A stretch of DNA of 64,000 bases. Origin: Podarcis bocagei. Lineage: Eukaryota. The notes beneath the pieces were generated by a model. It made no database searches, was not told the origin of the DNA, and saw only the letters and a list, made by a program, of their open reading frames with translations. Below are positions 12,580 to 24,704 of this stretch, one piece after another (position 1 is the stretch's first letter; the number at the start of each line of letters is the position of its first letter). Position numbers and translations under genes: made by a program. Where the stretch lies: assembly GCA_964188305.1 (NCBI GenBank), contig OZ076886.1, one strand, 5' to 3'.

Positions 12580-12965
12580 AGCTGCCTTATAACAGGTCAA
12601 TTCATTGGTCTATCTAGCCCAGTGGTGTCCAGACCTTTTCCAAAGAGGGCCAGATTTGATGAAGTTAAGGGCCGTGAGGGCCGACCAAAGGGCTGCCCAA
12701 AGTTTTTAATCTTTTTTTAGGATTGACGTTCTTGAGGATTTTACCCCAGGAAATTAACTGCCACAGGGGCCGGATTAAACTGACCGGCGGGCTGAATTAG
12801 GCACCCAAAATGGACTTTGGACATGCCTGATCTAGCCCATGATTGTCTACACCAACTAGCAATGTCTCTTCAGTCAGAAGTTTTCCCCAGCTCTAAATGG
12901 AGGTGCCAATGACATTTTTTTCATGCAGAGCAGGTGCTCTACAACAGAGTGACACTCCTTCTCCA
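12580..12965 (-). mobile_element. Old tRNA-derived SINE, interrupted by a hAT MITE
   Basis: agctgccttata...ggtctatctagcc|...gattgtctacac...tgctctac aligns by eye with the copy at 45960-46147. Confidence 0.55.
12620..12829. mobile_element. hAT (Charlie-like) MITE
   Basis: Ends cagtggtgtccaga / tttggacatgcctg, with a perfect 8-bp TSD ATCTAGCC at 12612-12619 and 12830-12837. Confidence 0.88.
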
Positions 12966-13309
12966 AAGAGACAGAAAGGCATGCACCTGCCAGAACATGA
13001 ATCTGGGTTGCACTGTGCATGATGCCACTATACCACTGGCACAACTGTCAGCCCTCACCTGCAATTCAAAGCAGGGCAACGCAGATGTTGGCTTACCACT
13101 TCAGTCAGAAGTGGGCCTTTGGGGAGGAGCTGCTCCAGGTTTTCCTTCCCTGCATGTCTAGATACCCGAGAGCTGCTATCATTTCTTTCCATCCACCCTT
13201 CTTTCCTCTAGGCTAACTAACCACGACAAGTTTCTACAGTTTCCCCCCTCCTGTGTCATGCATTCCAAAGTGTCAGTTTTGTTGCTTCCCTCAGAATCGT
13301 TTTCAGTTT

Positions 13310-13635
13310 AGTCTAATCCGTCTTTAAAAGTGGTGACCACAACTGGACACAATACTGCACTGGAGACCTACTTAGTGCCAAATAAAACAAGACTATTACC
13401 CCCTCCCGTCTGGCAAGCTGAAGATGCTGTTAATACAGCTTCAAGTAGTGTCTGTTGTCTTGTAAGAAATGCTACGTTGCTGGCTCAGCTTCAGATAGAC
13501 TCTCATTCCTTCTTATTCCTTCTTGGTAATGCTGGAGCCCAGACAATCGTCTCCCCAGTTTGGTAATTATACATTTGCCATTTCTTTCCAATGTGTCATG
13601 CTTAATGCTTTTCTTTGTTGAGTTTCATTTTATTA
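13310..13635 (-). mobile_element. Degraded CR1 LINE ORF2 fragment
   Basis: gtggtgaccacaactggacacaatactgca and tgttgagtttcattt resemble the reverse complement of CR1 post-RT motifs (LEYCVQFW, MKFN). Confidence 0.6.
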
Positions 13636-14389
13636 TTTTCCACTGTAAGACATAATACCCCGCTGCTCCCAACTTAACTTAAATAAATCCAGATAACTTA
13701 ATGTTTGATGTCCTCTTATAACCATTTCCCTTGCTTCCAGTACAATCCTGTCTTCTAGTTGGGAACATTTGGAAGGATGATTGCCTCACATCCGTCTTGA
13801 TGCCTTGTTCTGTTGAAAACATGCAGCCTTTCAAATAAATGAAAACCAAACCCGGTGGAACCGCCCCAGCAAAGTGTTAAGTCATTCTTGCAGTGTCCAC
13901 ATCTTGACCTTCCTTCAAAAAACAAAACAAAACAACGAGGAATGTCTTCTTTCTTCAAAAGAAAACAGGCAAGAGAAATGGTAATATGGTGCCCCAAGTG
14001 AGACCCAAATTTGACGCCTCCTCCCAGCCTTCACACTGCTTTCCCAAAGCAGAGTAAACAAGGCACTGGGCTATGGGAAGGAGGCATGAGGGCTCTAGCG
14101 TGGTCCTAGAGCCCTTCTTCATCCCTCTCAAAGCAGGGCAAGTGCTAACTAGGCTTCGAGAAGGAAGGAGACTCTAGGACCCTGCCAGAACTGTTACGTC
14201 TCCAACCCGAACTGAGTGCTTTCTAGGCTTTGGGAAGTAGGCAGGAAGGCATTGCCTTGGCTCAGTGCCCTATGTGGGGGAACTGGTCATGCTGCCCTAA
14301 ATCCACCTCCGAGAGATGTCTTGAGCAACTGGCTTGTCCACTCCATATGCCCTTCAAATGAATTGTGAGGCCGAGTTCGTAGCAATCAG

Positions 14390-14509
14390 ATTCACAGAGG
14401 TGTATATTGTGGTACACACAATGCTTGTGCCATAATCAATTAAGTCGTTAGCCTGCCACAAACCACAGTTGTTTTCGCTGCAACAGGCTATCACAGCTGC
14501 TGTTCTGGA
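14390..14509 (+). mobile_element. Degraded Penelope-like element terminal fragment
   Basis: cacacaatgcttgtgccataatcaatt...gccaca...tgcaacaggctatcacagctgc resembles the terminal segment at 57966-58063. Confidence 0.45.
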
Positions 14510-15244
14510 CATTTGTTACAATGGGATATGATGCTCGGGTGACTGAGATGTTGGACTTTTGGGAGTTACTAGGGCAAGGTGTGTGCTTATTCTACCTCCA
14601 CCTCTTCCATCTCCTTGTTTAGAATCATTTAAAAAGATGAAAAACATGGTAGAGCCAGGTAACACATGATTACATGAGTTCCCAGCTTTGAGTATCAAAA
14701 GCTGGTTTCTGGGAATATTAATGGCCACAGGCCCTCAAGCAATGGTAGATCAGATCAATAATTTCCCATTTTCTCACTTCTGTGATCAGGAGTCTTCTCC
14801 TACCCCTGAGGAAAACAAAATAATAGCCACTGGTGCATTATGGTATTTCATTAATATAAATATATGCACATTTAGAAGCTGTCCATTGACTGTCATCGAT
14901 TCAGTATTAGAAAAGCAATCAGGTGGCAGAAAAAAACTGGCCAGGTGGCAATCTCTAATGGTTTACTGGGAAAGAAAAAGGGTCATGGACACAATTGCCC
15001 ATTATCCTACAGCTCTTTTCAAATTCAGAAAAAAACCACTCTGGATTGAAGGTGTGGTTGCACAAAGTCACACACAATCACTGGCTACACTTTAAAACAG
15101 AGAAAGGAAGAAATCTGTTGCAGTTTCAAAATGGATAACATGATGTTTTGATCCGGCGTGGTATTTCCTATGCTTCCCCTGCCTGCCCACAACCTTGATC
15201 TCATGGGAATCTATGCGCATAAAGACAACCAGGCCAAGGAAAGC

Positions 15245-15250
15245 TTTATT
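15245..15250 (-). terminator. Candidate COX10 polyadenylation signal (AATAAA)
   Basis: tttatt on + strand, followed on the minus strand by a GT-rich tract (tccttggcctggttgtcttt). Alternatives: AATAAA 17039-17044, ATTAAA 17811-17816. Confidence 0.4.
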
Positions 15251-15584
15251 AGCAAAACTGATAGTGGAAGCAAGACAACTCCATATTGGAACAATGAAAT
15301 TAGTTGTATTTGAGAGGACCCGTGTTTCTGTTATTCATTCGTTCTTCATTGGAAACCCCTGCTACTTAGAAGCAAGCCCTACTGAGAGATTAATCTCAGC
15401 AAGTAAGCATAGGATCGCAGCATTAGCATGTATTTCTTTAGTATTTTAGATTGTCGAGAGTACGTCACATACATTATTTCAGCAATTCTTAAAATAATCC
15501 AGTAAGTTAGGCTAGTATTATTGCAGTTGGAAGCCAGAACTTGTTCCTTATGAATTTATAGCAGAATCTAACACTGGCAGAATG

Positions 15585-15741
15585 GGAATTAGTCCGGCAG
15601 AAGTTATTTCCTTTCAAGAAGGCTGGTTGTCAGAAAAACAAGAGGTGAGCTGTATGCTTCCAGTGAATGGCCAGATTTTGCGCTAGGAGTCACTCCTGGG
15701 CCTACCCAAAACCTTTGAGCCCTTACCCCATGGATTTGACT
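15585..15741. repeat. Direct repeat copy 1 (~160 bp, partner at 16851-17012)
   Basis: Colinear blocks tttcctttcaag, ttgtcagaaaa, gagctgta, cttccagt, cagatttt, ctaggagtca, ctacccaaa, accccatgg, tttgact in both copies. Confidence 0.85.
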
Positions 15742-16850
15742 GCCTTCTGGTCACAATAGTTTAGATCCAGCCTACTTTGGTCCCATTGAAAGCATTGCAA
15801 GTAGACAAGTCATGCCACTGATTTAAGTGGGAGCTTGGTCTGGATTCATGAAATCGTGCCAAATAAATTAGTTGTCTTCTTTGTACGACCTCTTCTACAG
15901 CTTGTTCAGCAGTGGTCTGAATTGTGTGGAAGTTCTGAACTCAGTAGGACTTACTTCTGAGTAGACACATACAGAATTGTACTTTTAATAGTACTATTGT
16001 GTTCTGAAGATGTGTGTGTATGTATCTGTGGGGAAGTAGATCAACCTGTATATATGACAGTCAAATTGGTTGTGCAGGTTCTCTTCAACTCATTCTTGCA
16101 AATATAGATCAGAGTAGCATTGTGAATTAATTGCCATGATGCCCTCAGTTCTCACCTACAATTCTCACCTACAAATTATTCATTCAGACATCCCAAATGT
16201 TTTCTGGTAACTCTCCATTCCCTGCAATTAGACAACAATGCAAGTAGGTAAAATAACAACAGTTTTGTCCTTGTTCTATGCTAGGTCCCTCTATCTCCAA
16301 GAAAGGCACCTTGATCTCACATATATTCCAATAAACCTTCACATTCCAAATGAACTTAAATTATTTGGTGGGGTGTATGTGATGAAAGGAAGATGATCGT
16401 TGTGCTTTGAATATTCTTTTTGAAAGTAGTGGAAACATGAAAAACTATGATATAAAAGCTAGCGTTAAAAGAATGCAATAAACTATACGCAACTAACCTA
16501 GCATCTTGAAGCCATAAACAAGATTGGCATATAAAGTGAACAAGCTTCTGTTTCTGTGGTTGTTCAGCCACAGTAGTTACACCCTGAAGGTTATTTCCTT
16601 GTTTCAGATTGGTTCAAAATGTTTTCTCCGTGGCCAGACTGAGCTGATTCCATCCGCTCTGTATTTCCATTTCCATCAGGGTTGCTTGATGATGTGTTGG
16701 AGGAAATAAGAGTCGGAGGCACTTCTAGGAAACGGAAATTCAGACAACGAATAGCTCCTTCCTGGATGGAGGATGGCAATCATAACCTAGTAGCAAAAAG
16801 GCTGCTATGAAAGTAGGATGGCATGAAAGTTGTCAAAGGTCTGATGGGGT

Positions 16851-17012
16851 GGAAATTTGCTGGGCATAAGTTTGTTTCCTTTCAAGCAGGCCGATTGTCA
16901 GAAAACCAAGAATTGAGCTGTACACTTCCAGTCAATGGGCAGATTTTTGTTCTAGGAGTCATTCCTGGAGCTACCCAAACTGTTGGGCCCTTCTAACCCC
17001 ATGGCTTTGACT
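16851..17012. repeat. Direct repeat copy 2 (partner at 15585-15741)
   Basis: See copy 1. Confidence 0.85.
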
Positions 17013-17985
17013 ACAAATCCTACCAGGTACTAACATTCTTTATTTTAAGGGTTATTATTTATGATCCGCTTAAATGCCAAAAGGACTTCTAAGTTGGTAA
17101 CCAGAGATGAGGTGAGGGCTTGTACAGAGTAAAGACCTGGCTGATGGGAAAGCAATGTATTTCTGCATGGTGGTCTGCCTTTAAACATACATTGGGGGCT
17201 TTATGTTCCATGTGTGCGCGCACATACACACACACAAAATGTATGTGTACCCCTTATTATTCATTCTCTCTCTTTCTCTTTCGCTCTCTCTCAAGTAGTC
17301 ATGGCTGTTTTTCCTTTTTAAGAGCTTTTTAATGGCTCCAGTCAAACTTCTCTGTATCTTTCCTTTATGAACTGTCTATACCATATTCAGAAAAAGTTTA
17401 AATAAAGGTGGAAATTTGGCACCCTCATAGGTTAATAGCATCTCTGAGAGGATGACACTCCCTACTGGTTTCTTTCAGCTCCAAATACTGTTACTCCCTT
17501 CCACTTTCCATACAGAATGAGAATATACTCCTAGAACTAGGGCAGAGCGATTTTTGCATATTGTTAAGCTAATCCTCCTGTTCTGGTGTGGAAAAGTGTA
17601 GATGCATATGAGTCACCTGTGGGAACTGTTGCCAGACTAGATTCAGCAGGCTTGCCATACATCCTTAAGAATTAGATAGAGATTTGTTCTTTCATCAGTA
17701 TGCTATTAAGATATAACATGCATCTTAGCATCATCTCCGTATAGTCAACGGAAGGATCTCACATTCGAAAATCAAATCCAAGAGTCATGTGTGTGTCCCA
17801 AATCAAATTATTTAATTTGAAAAAAATCACAGAGAGTGCTCACTGGACACAAAATATTCTCTCTGAATACATCAACAGAAAACCTCCCTGCTGCATGATA
17901 ACTGAAATATGTACGCCATTTTGAACGGGAGCTTCTGAAGCCAATAGTTATCACAAAGGTAACATGAGTTTTTCAACATGATGCC

Positions 17986-18392
17986 TCAACTCAAGGATTC
18001 CTTTTCGTTGTCCTTTTTGTACCAAGATTTCTTGCAAGTCAGCATGAGCAAGAGGAGCATTGGCAAGTGCCACAAGCTGCAGAAAAACAACTTCCGGGAG
18101 CTGCCACGGTCAGCGTCTCTGTAGAAACGAAAGCCGAGGTAGGAAATGTACAGGTTGACGGGAAGAGAAATTATGGGGAAAGTCCACGTGGTGACATCAA
18201 GGATGGGAGCCAGTGATGAAAGTCCAATTAAGGCGAGGCAATGCCGCAGAGCCACCCGCCTGCACATGTCTGGGTGGGTGACAGACATCATGCAGTAGCC
18301 ACCTCTGGAGTAATCTTCGCGGAGCCCCCAGCTGAGTGCATTGAAATGAGGGAACTGCCAGGAGTAGAGAATCCCCCCCAGCAGCAATGCTC
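17986..18392 (-). CDS. COX10: COX10 heme A:farnesyltransferase, terminal coding exon (human exon 7 equivalent)
   Basis: Encodes (G)[40 protein letters not shown]...FFCSLWHLP...SLS-stop (TGA at 17986-17988). Acceptor tttctcttcgtttgcAG ends at 18393; phase matches the upstream exon. Confidence 0.98.
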
Positions 18393-19023
18393 CTGCAAAC
18401 GAAGAGAAATCAAGGCATTAGGGTGTACGCCAGGGCCACTGACACAGAAATCTGGATAACTTGGCTGAAGTTTCTGCGTCTTCATTTCGTACACCCAGTA
18501 AATCACTTGCAGGTGCAGAAGTCTCATTAATATAATCAGCTTGCCCCAAGGCAGTGAAAGGTATACAGGATGGAGCTGTGTGGAACAGTTTACTCGACTC
18601 TCCACATAAACTCCAAATACCCTTTTCAGATGCAGGAGTTGCTAAATGTTACTCTTAAAAAAAGATGCTTCTATCATTTTATCATTTTTGGAGTAAGAAC
18701 ACTTGCAAAAGGCTCAGAACCCAAGCAATGTATGTGATACTTCCAGGGGATGCAGGGATGTTTTTTGCATTCCTTGTCCAACCTGTTTACTTCTAGTGCA
18801 TTTCCGGCAAGTCATACATACACAATTTAATCACACTTCTCATCTACAATTTTGAATTCGGCACTGTTTGTATTTCCTCCCACACAATTATATGTTTGCA
18901 GAAAGCAAGAAACTGAGGCTTTCAGAACCAAAAACAGTGCCTGAGGCCTCATCTGGAGACAATAAAAAGATGATGATTTGGGGACAGGGCCCCAGCTAGG
19001 ACTAACTGACTATAACTTCTTGA

Positions 19024-19315
19024 TAGGGTGGCCACATGTTCTACTTTTCAGAGGACAGTCCTCTATTGGAAGAGATGCCTTTTTAAAGATAAATAACCAT
19101 AAAAAGGAAAGGAGAACCCCTGAAGTTGCTTGACAATAGCTACCAACCTAGACAACCGACTGAGCAGGCACACAGGTCACAGTTCTCCCCACTAAGGTGA
19201 AATGCATTGCATTTCTATTAAAATTATTATTTTTTAAATCTGCACCTCTACATATAAAATAGCATAATGTAAATGTTATGCAAATTGGGGGGGTGATGCA
19301 TAAATGGTCACCTTA
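19024..19315. mobile_element. Old hAT (Tip100-like) non-autonomous element
   Basis: Termini tagggtggccacat / atggtcacctta; degenerate 8-bp TSD cttcttga / cttctata. Confidence 0.55.
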
Positions 19316-22300
19316 CTTCTATATATATATATATAAATAACATCTTAAACTCTTCTGTGACTAAAAAACACACACTTTCCATTTGTTGTAGAAAACACTT
19401 AAGATACATTTTATCCTTTGGTTTCCACATTTGATTCCACCTTTTTATACTACACACAATATATTTTCACAGTCCAAACTGACTGTGCATCAGCTCTGCA
19501 CAGAACCCACTCCGCAAAGGTACACATATAAAACAAATACAGTGAAGAATATTCAATAAACTTTGGCTACTGAATAGTATAAGCTTTTTAAAGTTTGCTC
19601 AGCAGAAATCTAGAGAAGATTCCAGTCACCACCTGCATGTTACCTTGCTATATTTTGCCATAGGTTTCCTAAGCAGAAATGTATGTTGCCAACCCTCTAA
19701 CAGCCACATAACGTAGGGCTACAGAGGGCTGAAAATGCCTAGTGTTAAGTAACTAACTTCTCAGTTCTGTACACTCCATAATCTTAGAATTCAGTATCAT
19801 AGGACCTTCTGTTGATCCATGAATGCTTGGCAGAAACCTGAAACTGAAGAGTAAAAAATTCATAGAATTATAGAATTGTAAGGTTGTTTCAGTTCTTTCA
19901 ACATTCGGGGTCTCTGTGTTACCTATCCCTGTACACCACCTAAAAGTTTATACAGAAGCAAGAATTAAAGGGGAAAATAGGCCCAGAGATCCACTGAATA
20001 TAACTATGGGAATATTTCCTCACAACTGCAGTCTTTCAAAAACTTATGCTACAAGACTAGATCCTGCTCCACTGAAATTTAGCACAGATGCCCATTAGTA
20101 TCTGCTTCATTCTGTTTCACAAGGGACATCTTTAGGGCCTACGCTTTAATAAAGCTTGACTGATTTTCACAGATTCAACTTCTGAAGTGATGTTGTTACA
20201 GTGGAGTTATGCCTTCTTGTAGAAGATGAATCAAAGTCCATTTTGTTTGCAAAGGGATGGATGCTAGGAGCAACAAGAAGGCAAGATGTCCTAACGCTGT
20301 CTCAGAAATAACTTCCAACTCTCACATCCTTGTCAAAAAACAACCAACATTTCAGGTGAAACTCCCAGCTCCAAACCAGACAACTGATGTGCCAAACAAG
20401 GGGAGTTGTTTTATGAGGGGCCTGCCTTCTCACGCAATCTTTCTAGGAGATACTGCAAAGTCAACTTGATTGCAACATGCATGGCTTCGTTTCTTGCTGT
20501 GCAGTACAGAATTAGGTTTTTCAGTGCAACTGGGTCCAGACTCTACCTTTACATTTTCAAAACCTTTGTCTGACAGGGCAGACTTGTAGCGATGCTGGGA
20601 TTACTCAAAGTGCTGATACAGAAATAGCCACTTGTGTTCCCACTCTGGGGGTACTTAGTAGCAACTGGTGCTATTTTGCAGGCTTAGTTGGGAGGAGCCT
20701 CCTAGCAATCCTACATGGAGATTCAGAGATTCAATAGCAACTGGAACAGCGTTGTCTGCCTCTATCTCAATTGCCATGCAGTGGATGGTGCTTCAGTAGC
20801 AGTGGCATAAATCTTTATGTGCTCCTCTGTGCAAATTCCTTTGGATGAGGCTATAAAAAATGCACTCTAAACTAAATCTTAAGAGAATATAAATTATTTT
20901 TTACTGTTTTTACTACACTGTGTCAGCTGCCCTGAGAAAGTCTTTCCAAATTCCAAATTACTTGGAAGTCAGTATGATTTTGCCAAATGGTTCTTACTCC
21001 CTACTGTGTTTAGGATTCCAGTTTAAGTGTATTTAGGTGTGCATTATGGAAAAAGACCCATCAAGGCTGAACTACATACAGCATGATGCTGATACTGATA
21101 ATATGCCCGCATGCTTGTTTTTAAAAAAGTGATGTTAGGCGCAGGTGGTGATGTCTGATTTTGTCAGGATTGCAGAAGTAGGAAGCAGATGTTCAGCCCT
21201 TTCATACCTCATTGCAGTACTGATGGAGATCATCCCTTTCCCATGGCTGTGTTGGCCCTGAAAAGAAAGCTCCCATTTTCTTCTTGGGAGCTGGGAGACT
21301 GTCAGAACTGCTGCTGAGAAGCAGTTGGGTTTCCTATCCTGGCCATGTAATATGGGTGCTAATGATGCATTTGGTGCCATGAGAAGTTTGGCTGATAGTC
21401 AACTTCCTGTGGTTAACCTGTGCAGCTACTTAATCTAGTATTTCTGCTATTGTTGAGTGGTGTTACTGTTTCAGGAGGATATTTTCAGCAACCTTTAAGG
21501 TTCCACATGAGATTGAAGGTGCAGGATATTCGTGCTTTTCTATCTAAAGCTGTCAAGCACAATGATGTTCTTTTAAAACTCATGACTGTCCTAGGTGTAT
21601 GCAAAAAGTCTTGTAATGGTAGCATGATTTGCTAAACTATGTTATCATTCACAAACTTAAGACAAAAGCCAGAAGCACTTTTATGTTAAAAACTCAGCAT
21701 GGAAAACCAGGCTTATAGTTGGAGCTCCAAACTGACTTGCTACCTCTTTCATTGTCTTGGTTTTTGGCTTCACAGATGTATGACAGAGATCACCAACCAG
21801 GCATGTAAAATAAACACAGAATGGTTAAAATATCAGCTCCAAAACAGATGTTGAAGTCTTATTGCATTTCCTAAAGCCATTGTTTACTGCCTTGGCAACC
21901 CAAGAATGCTGTTTTGCTTAGAGCACAATTTTGGTAATTCTTCTGCCTTGAATAATATGAAGGAATTTTAAAATCATTTCCAGATTCTGGTAGCTGACTG
22001 ACACATGAGGGGGAGGTTAAGAGTGGAGGTGGGGGGCGGCGGGAAGCACCAGCTTCTTGTCTCTCTAGGAAATAAATTAAATGTTTAAGTTTATGTAAGA
22101 CGTTATAGGGATTTTGAAGTCTAAGTTTAGCCATTAATGGCCTGTACTTAGAACTGTGTGTGGTTGTTTTCTTCTATCTTGGTATGGTAACAAACCAGCT
22201 ACTCTTAGCTAAAAAGATGCTAAAACAAATTACTCCTCCTTGGTCCAGATGAGGGAGATTAGAGCTGGAAAACAAGAGCAAATCCAGCTGCACCCATTTG

Positions 22301-23049
22301 CCTTTGGATAAACACGGCTGGCGGTTATGTAGCTGTAGTTGTTCCATGTTCAACCTGGAAAATGAGATGAAGTATAACTGAACCTTATCTTTGCCTACAG
22401 AATTAGGTTTCCATCATCTGAATATGCCCGTCAGCAAAAGCTGATCCAGCAAAAACAACACACTACCTGCCCACACTGAAGCAAGGAAGATATAGCAGTG
22501 ATGGATGGAGAGATCAGTTAAGACCTCCAAATTATGTGGTTAGAAAAATCCAATTTCTGCTCTACTTTTAATACTGTAAGACAGAATGCAGCAATTTGTC
22601 AAGATGCATTTTGCATAACTCAATAGGACTGAAGGTTTTGTGGTGGGAGAAAGGAAGAAATACTAGGGTACAAGAATAGATGAAAATCTAAAATATATCT
22701 GTTTCCACAACAGGACCCCCTTTCCGTTTCTTCCTTCACCTTTGGGTTGGGGGATGCTCTGGAGCAGATATTTGGGGCACGCAGGGAGCTGCATGGGAGA
22801 GGAGAGGAAGGGGGAAGCGAGTTCAAATGGGTCTTACTGCCAAAAGTGACCATAAGATTGCAGTCTCAATCTCTTTAAACAGAATCTATATCCCTTGATC
22901 AAACCAAATGGAAACAGTCAAGTGAATTTTCAGCAAGTTTTGAGTACAAAGGTTCTCTCTCTCATAGACACATATGGAGATCAAGTGTAGGGGCAATGAT
23001 GGAAAATACCTGTTTTGTGTTATTCTGTAGGGTGCCTTGTGATGTTTTG

Positions 23050-24530
23050 TAGGATGTGGTGCCACAAGTAAATTTCCCCCAGATGATCTAAATCTTCTTG
23101 CAGACAGGGAAGGAAGTCTTTCAGGTAACCTGGCCCTGAGTTGTTCAGGGTTTTATATGTTAGTAACAAGACCTTGTACATGACTGGCTAGCTGCACAGC
23201 AGCTGCTCCTTACGCACAGGTGTAAAATTATGTGTGCATCAAGGTGTTCCACTCAACCACCTGGGCACAGGATTCTCCAAAAGCCTCCAGACCAGTCTTA
23301 GGGGAAGTCCCACAAAGAACAAATTATAGGAGTCCAATTGTAAAGTTACCAATGCATGAATCATAGTGGCCAAGTTTAAAACATGTTTTATTTGTTACCA
23401 CAACCAATTAGAATGGTTGATTGGGAAACATATGAATGAGAAAGTGAGAAACTTTATTTATATCAACACCAGGTCCAATAGGTGGATAAGAGCACCAACA
23501 TTCAGGAGGGTTCACAAGGAAGGGGTGGGCGTGTGGTGAAGTGCAGAACAAGGCATAAATCTTCCGTAGAAGATGTTGACTGCATGTTACTTTGCCACGC
23601 ATGCTCATTTGCATCTCTCCTACTCCAGCATCTGCTACATCTTAGTCGTTATATATGCTAGTGGCAAACAAGCCATTTGCAATATTCAAAGTCTTACTTC
23701 TTCTATGGTACCCATATATCATGTTGGTGCCTCTGAATGTAGCAGTGGCTATGAAGACCAAAAACACAGTCAAAATAAAGGTTGTGAATTTGAAGCATAG
23801 ACGTTTGACCACAATCCAGTCAAGGCAAGTCTCGGCTGTTTCCAATGACCACTGTTTTGAAACCATGTCCAGGTGTAGCGAGGAAATGATGACGGCATTT
23901 AACAGTTATCATTTATACAGCACCATCAATATGCATAGTTCCCTATGGAGAATTAAAAAAAACACAGAGCCCTGATCAGCTTATCATCTTAAGACTTGCC
24001 GTGGGGTGGATGGGAAGAATAGAAGGAGAGACATAAAGTGGCAGTAAGGGTGAACATGGGCAGGATATGCCTTGAGCTTCATTACAAGTGCTTAGGCTTG
24101 GTTTCGGCAGAGGAAGAATAGTAAGTGTCTGTGTCAAAGTTCATCAAGGAAACTGAATTTGGGGAAAGAGTCTGAAGGAAATAAGATGCAGCATCAAATG
24201 GTTTCTGGAGGCAGTTCTAGGCACTGAAGATGTGGGGAACAGACAAAGGATGGTGGAGATGGAAAAGTGAAGATTATGGGGATGGATATGCAGGCAGAAT
24301 AATCAGGGGAGGCAGAGTAATGAAGGCAAGGACAAATGTTTGTGCTAGATCCAGGAATGGAGGAGGTAAGAAAGGGTGTCATGTGGTCTCAGTGAATACA
24401 GAGCTGAATGATTTTGGTCAGAGGCAAGGGAATAGGTGGGAATGTGATCGTAGAGATGCAAAGACTGTAGCAGTTAAGGTGGGAGATGACTGGAAGTTCC
24501 AGCAAGGCTGCAAGACAGGAAAGGCCATAT
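23050..24530 (-). mobile_element. Ancient L2 LINE fragments (discontinuous)
   Basis: ttcaggtaacctggccctgagttgttcagggttttatatgttagtaacaagaccttg parallels the younger L2 at 63055-63120; purine-rich relic stretches follow. Boundaries approximate. Confidence 0.45.
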
Positions 24531-24684
24531 TTTTGCAAGGCACTAAGGGAAGTTCACCAACTTGCTTGCAAGAGGATATTTTTAACACTTTTTAAACTCA
24601 ACACAACTTTAAAAAGTTAATTTTAGCTCTCTAAACCTCAAACACTGCCTTTTCTTAAGCCAATGCAATTTTCCTGCTACTACT

Positions 24685-24704
24685 CTGGTGCCCCCTACTG
24701 GTTG
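24685..24704 (-). promoter_or_regulatory. CTCF binding motif
   Basis: Minus strand CAACCAGTAGGGGGCACCAG matches the core CCASYAGRKGGCRS, with upstream TGCATTAT resembling the U module. Confidence 0.6.

Noticed and set aside
16680-16810. Possible plus-strand terminal exon (acceptor-like tract, then LLDDVLEEIRVGG...KRLL-stop)
   Set aside because: Only ~42 codons, no recognisable homology, no partner exon identified, and antisense to the probable COX10 3' UTR.
17980-17988. Stop-codon readthrough or selenocysteine recoding at the COX10 TGA
   Set aside because: Context is TGA GGC, not the TGA CTA G readthrough motif; the stop is at the expected protein end and no SECIS was recognised.
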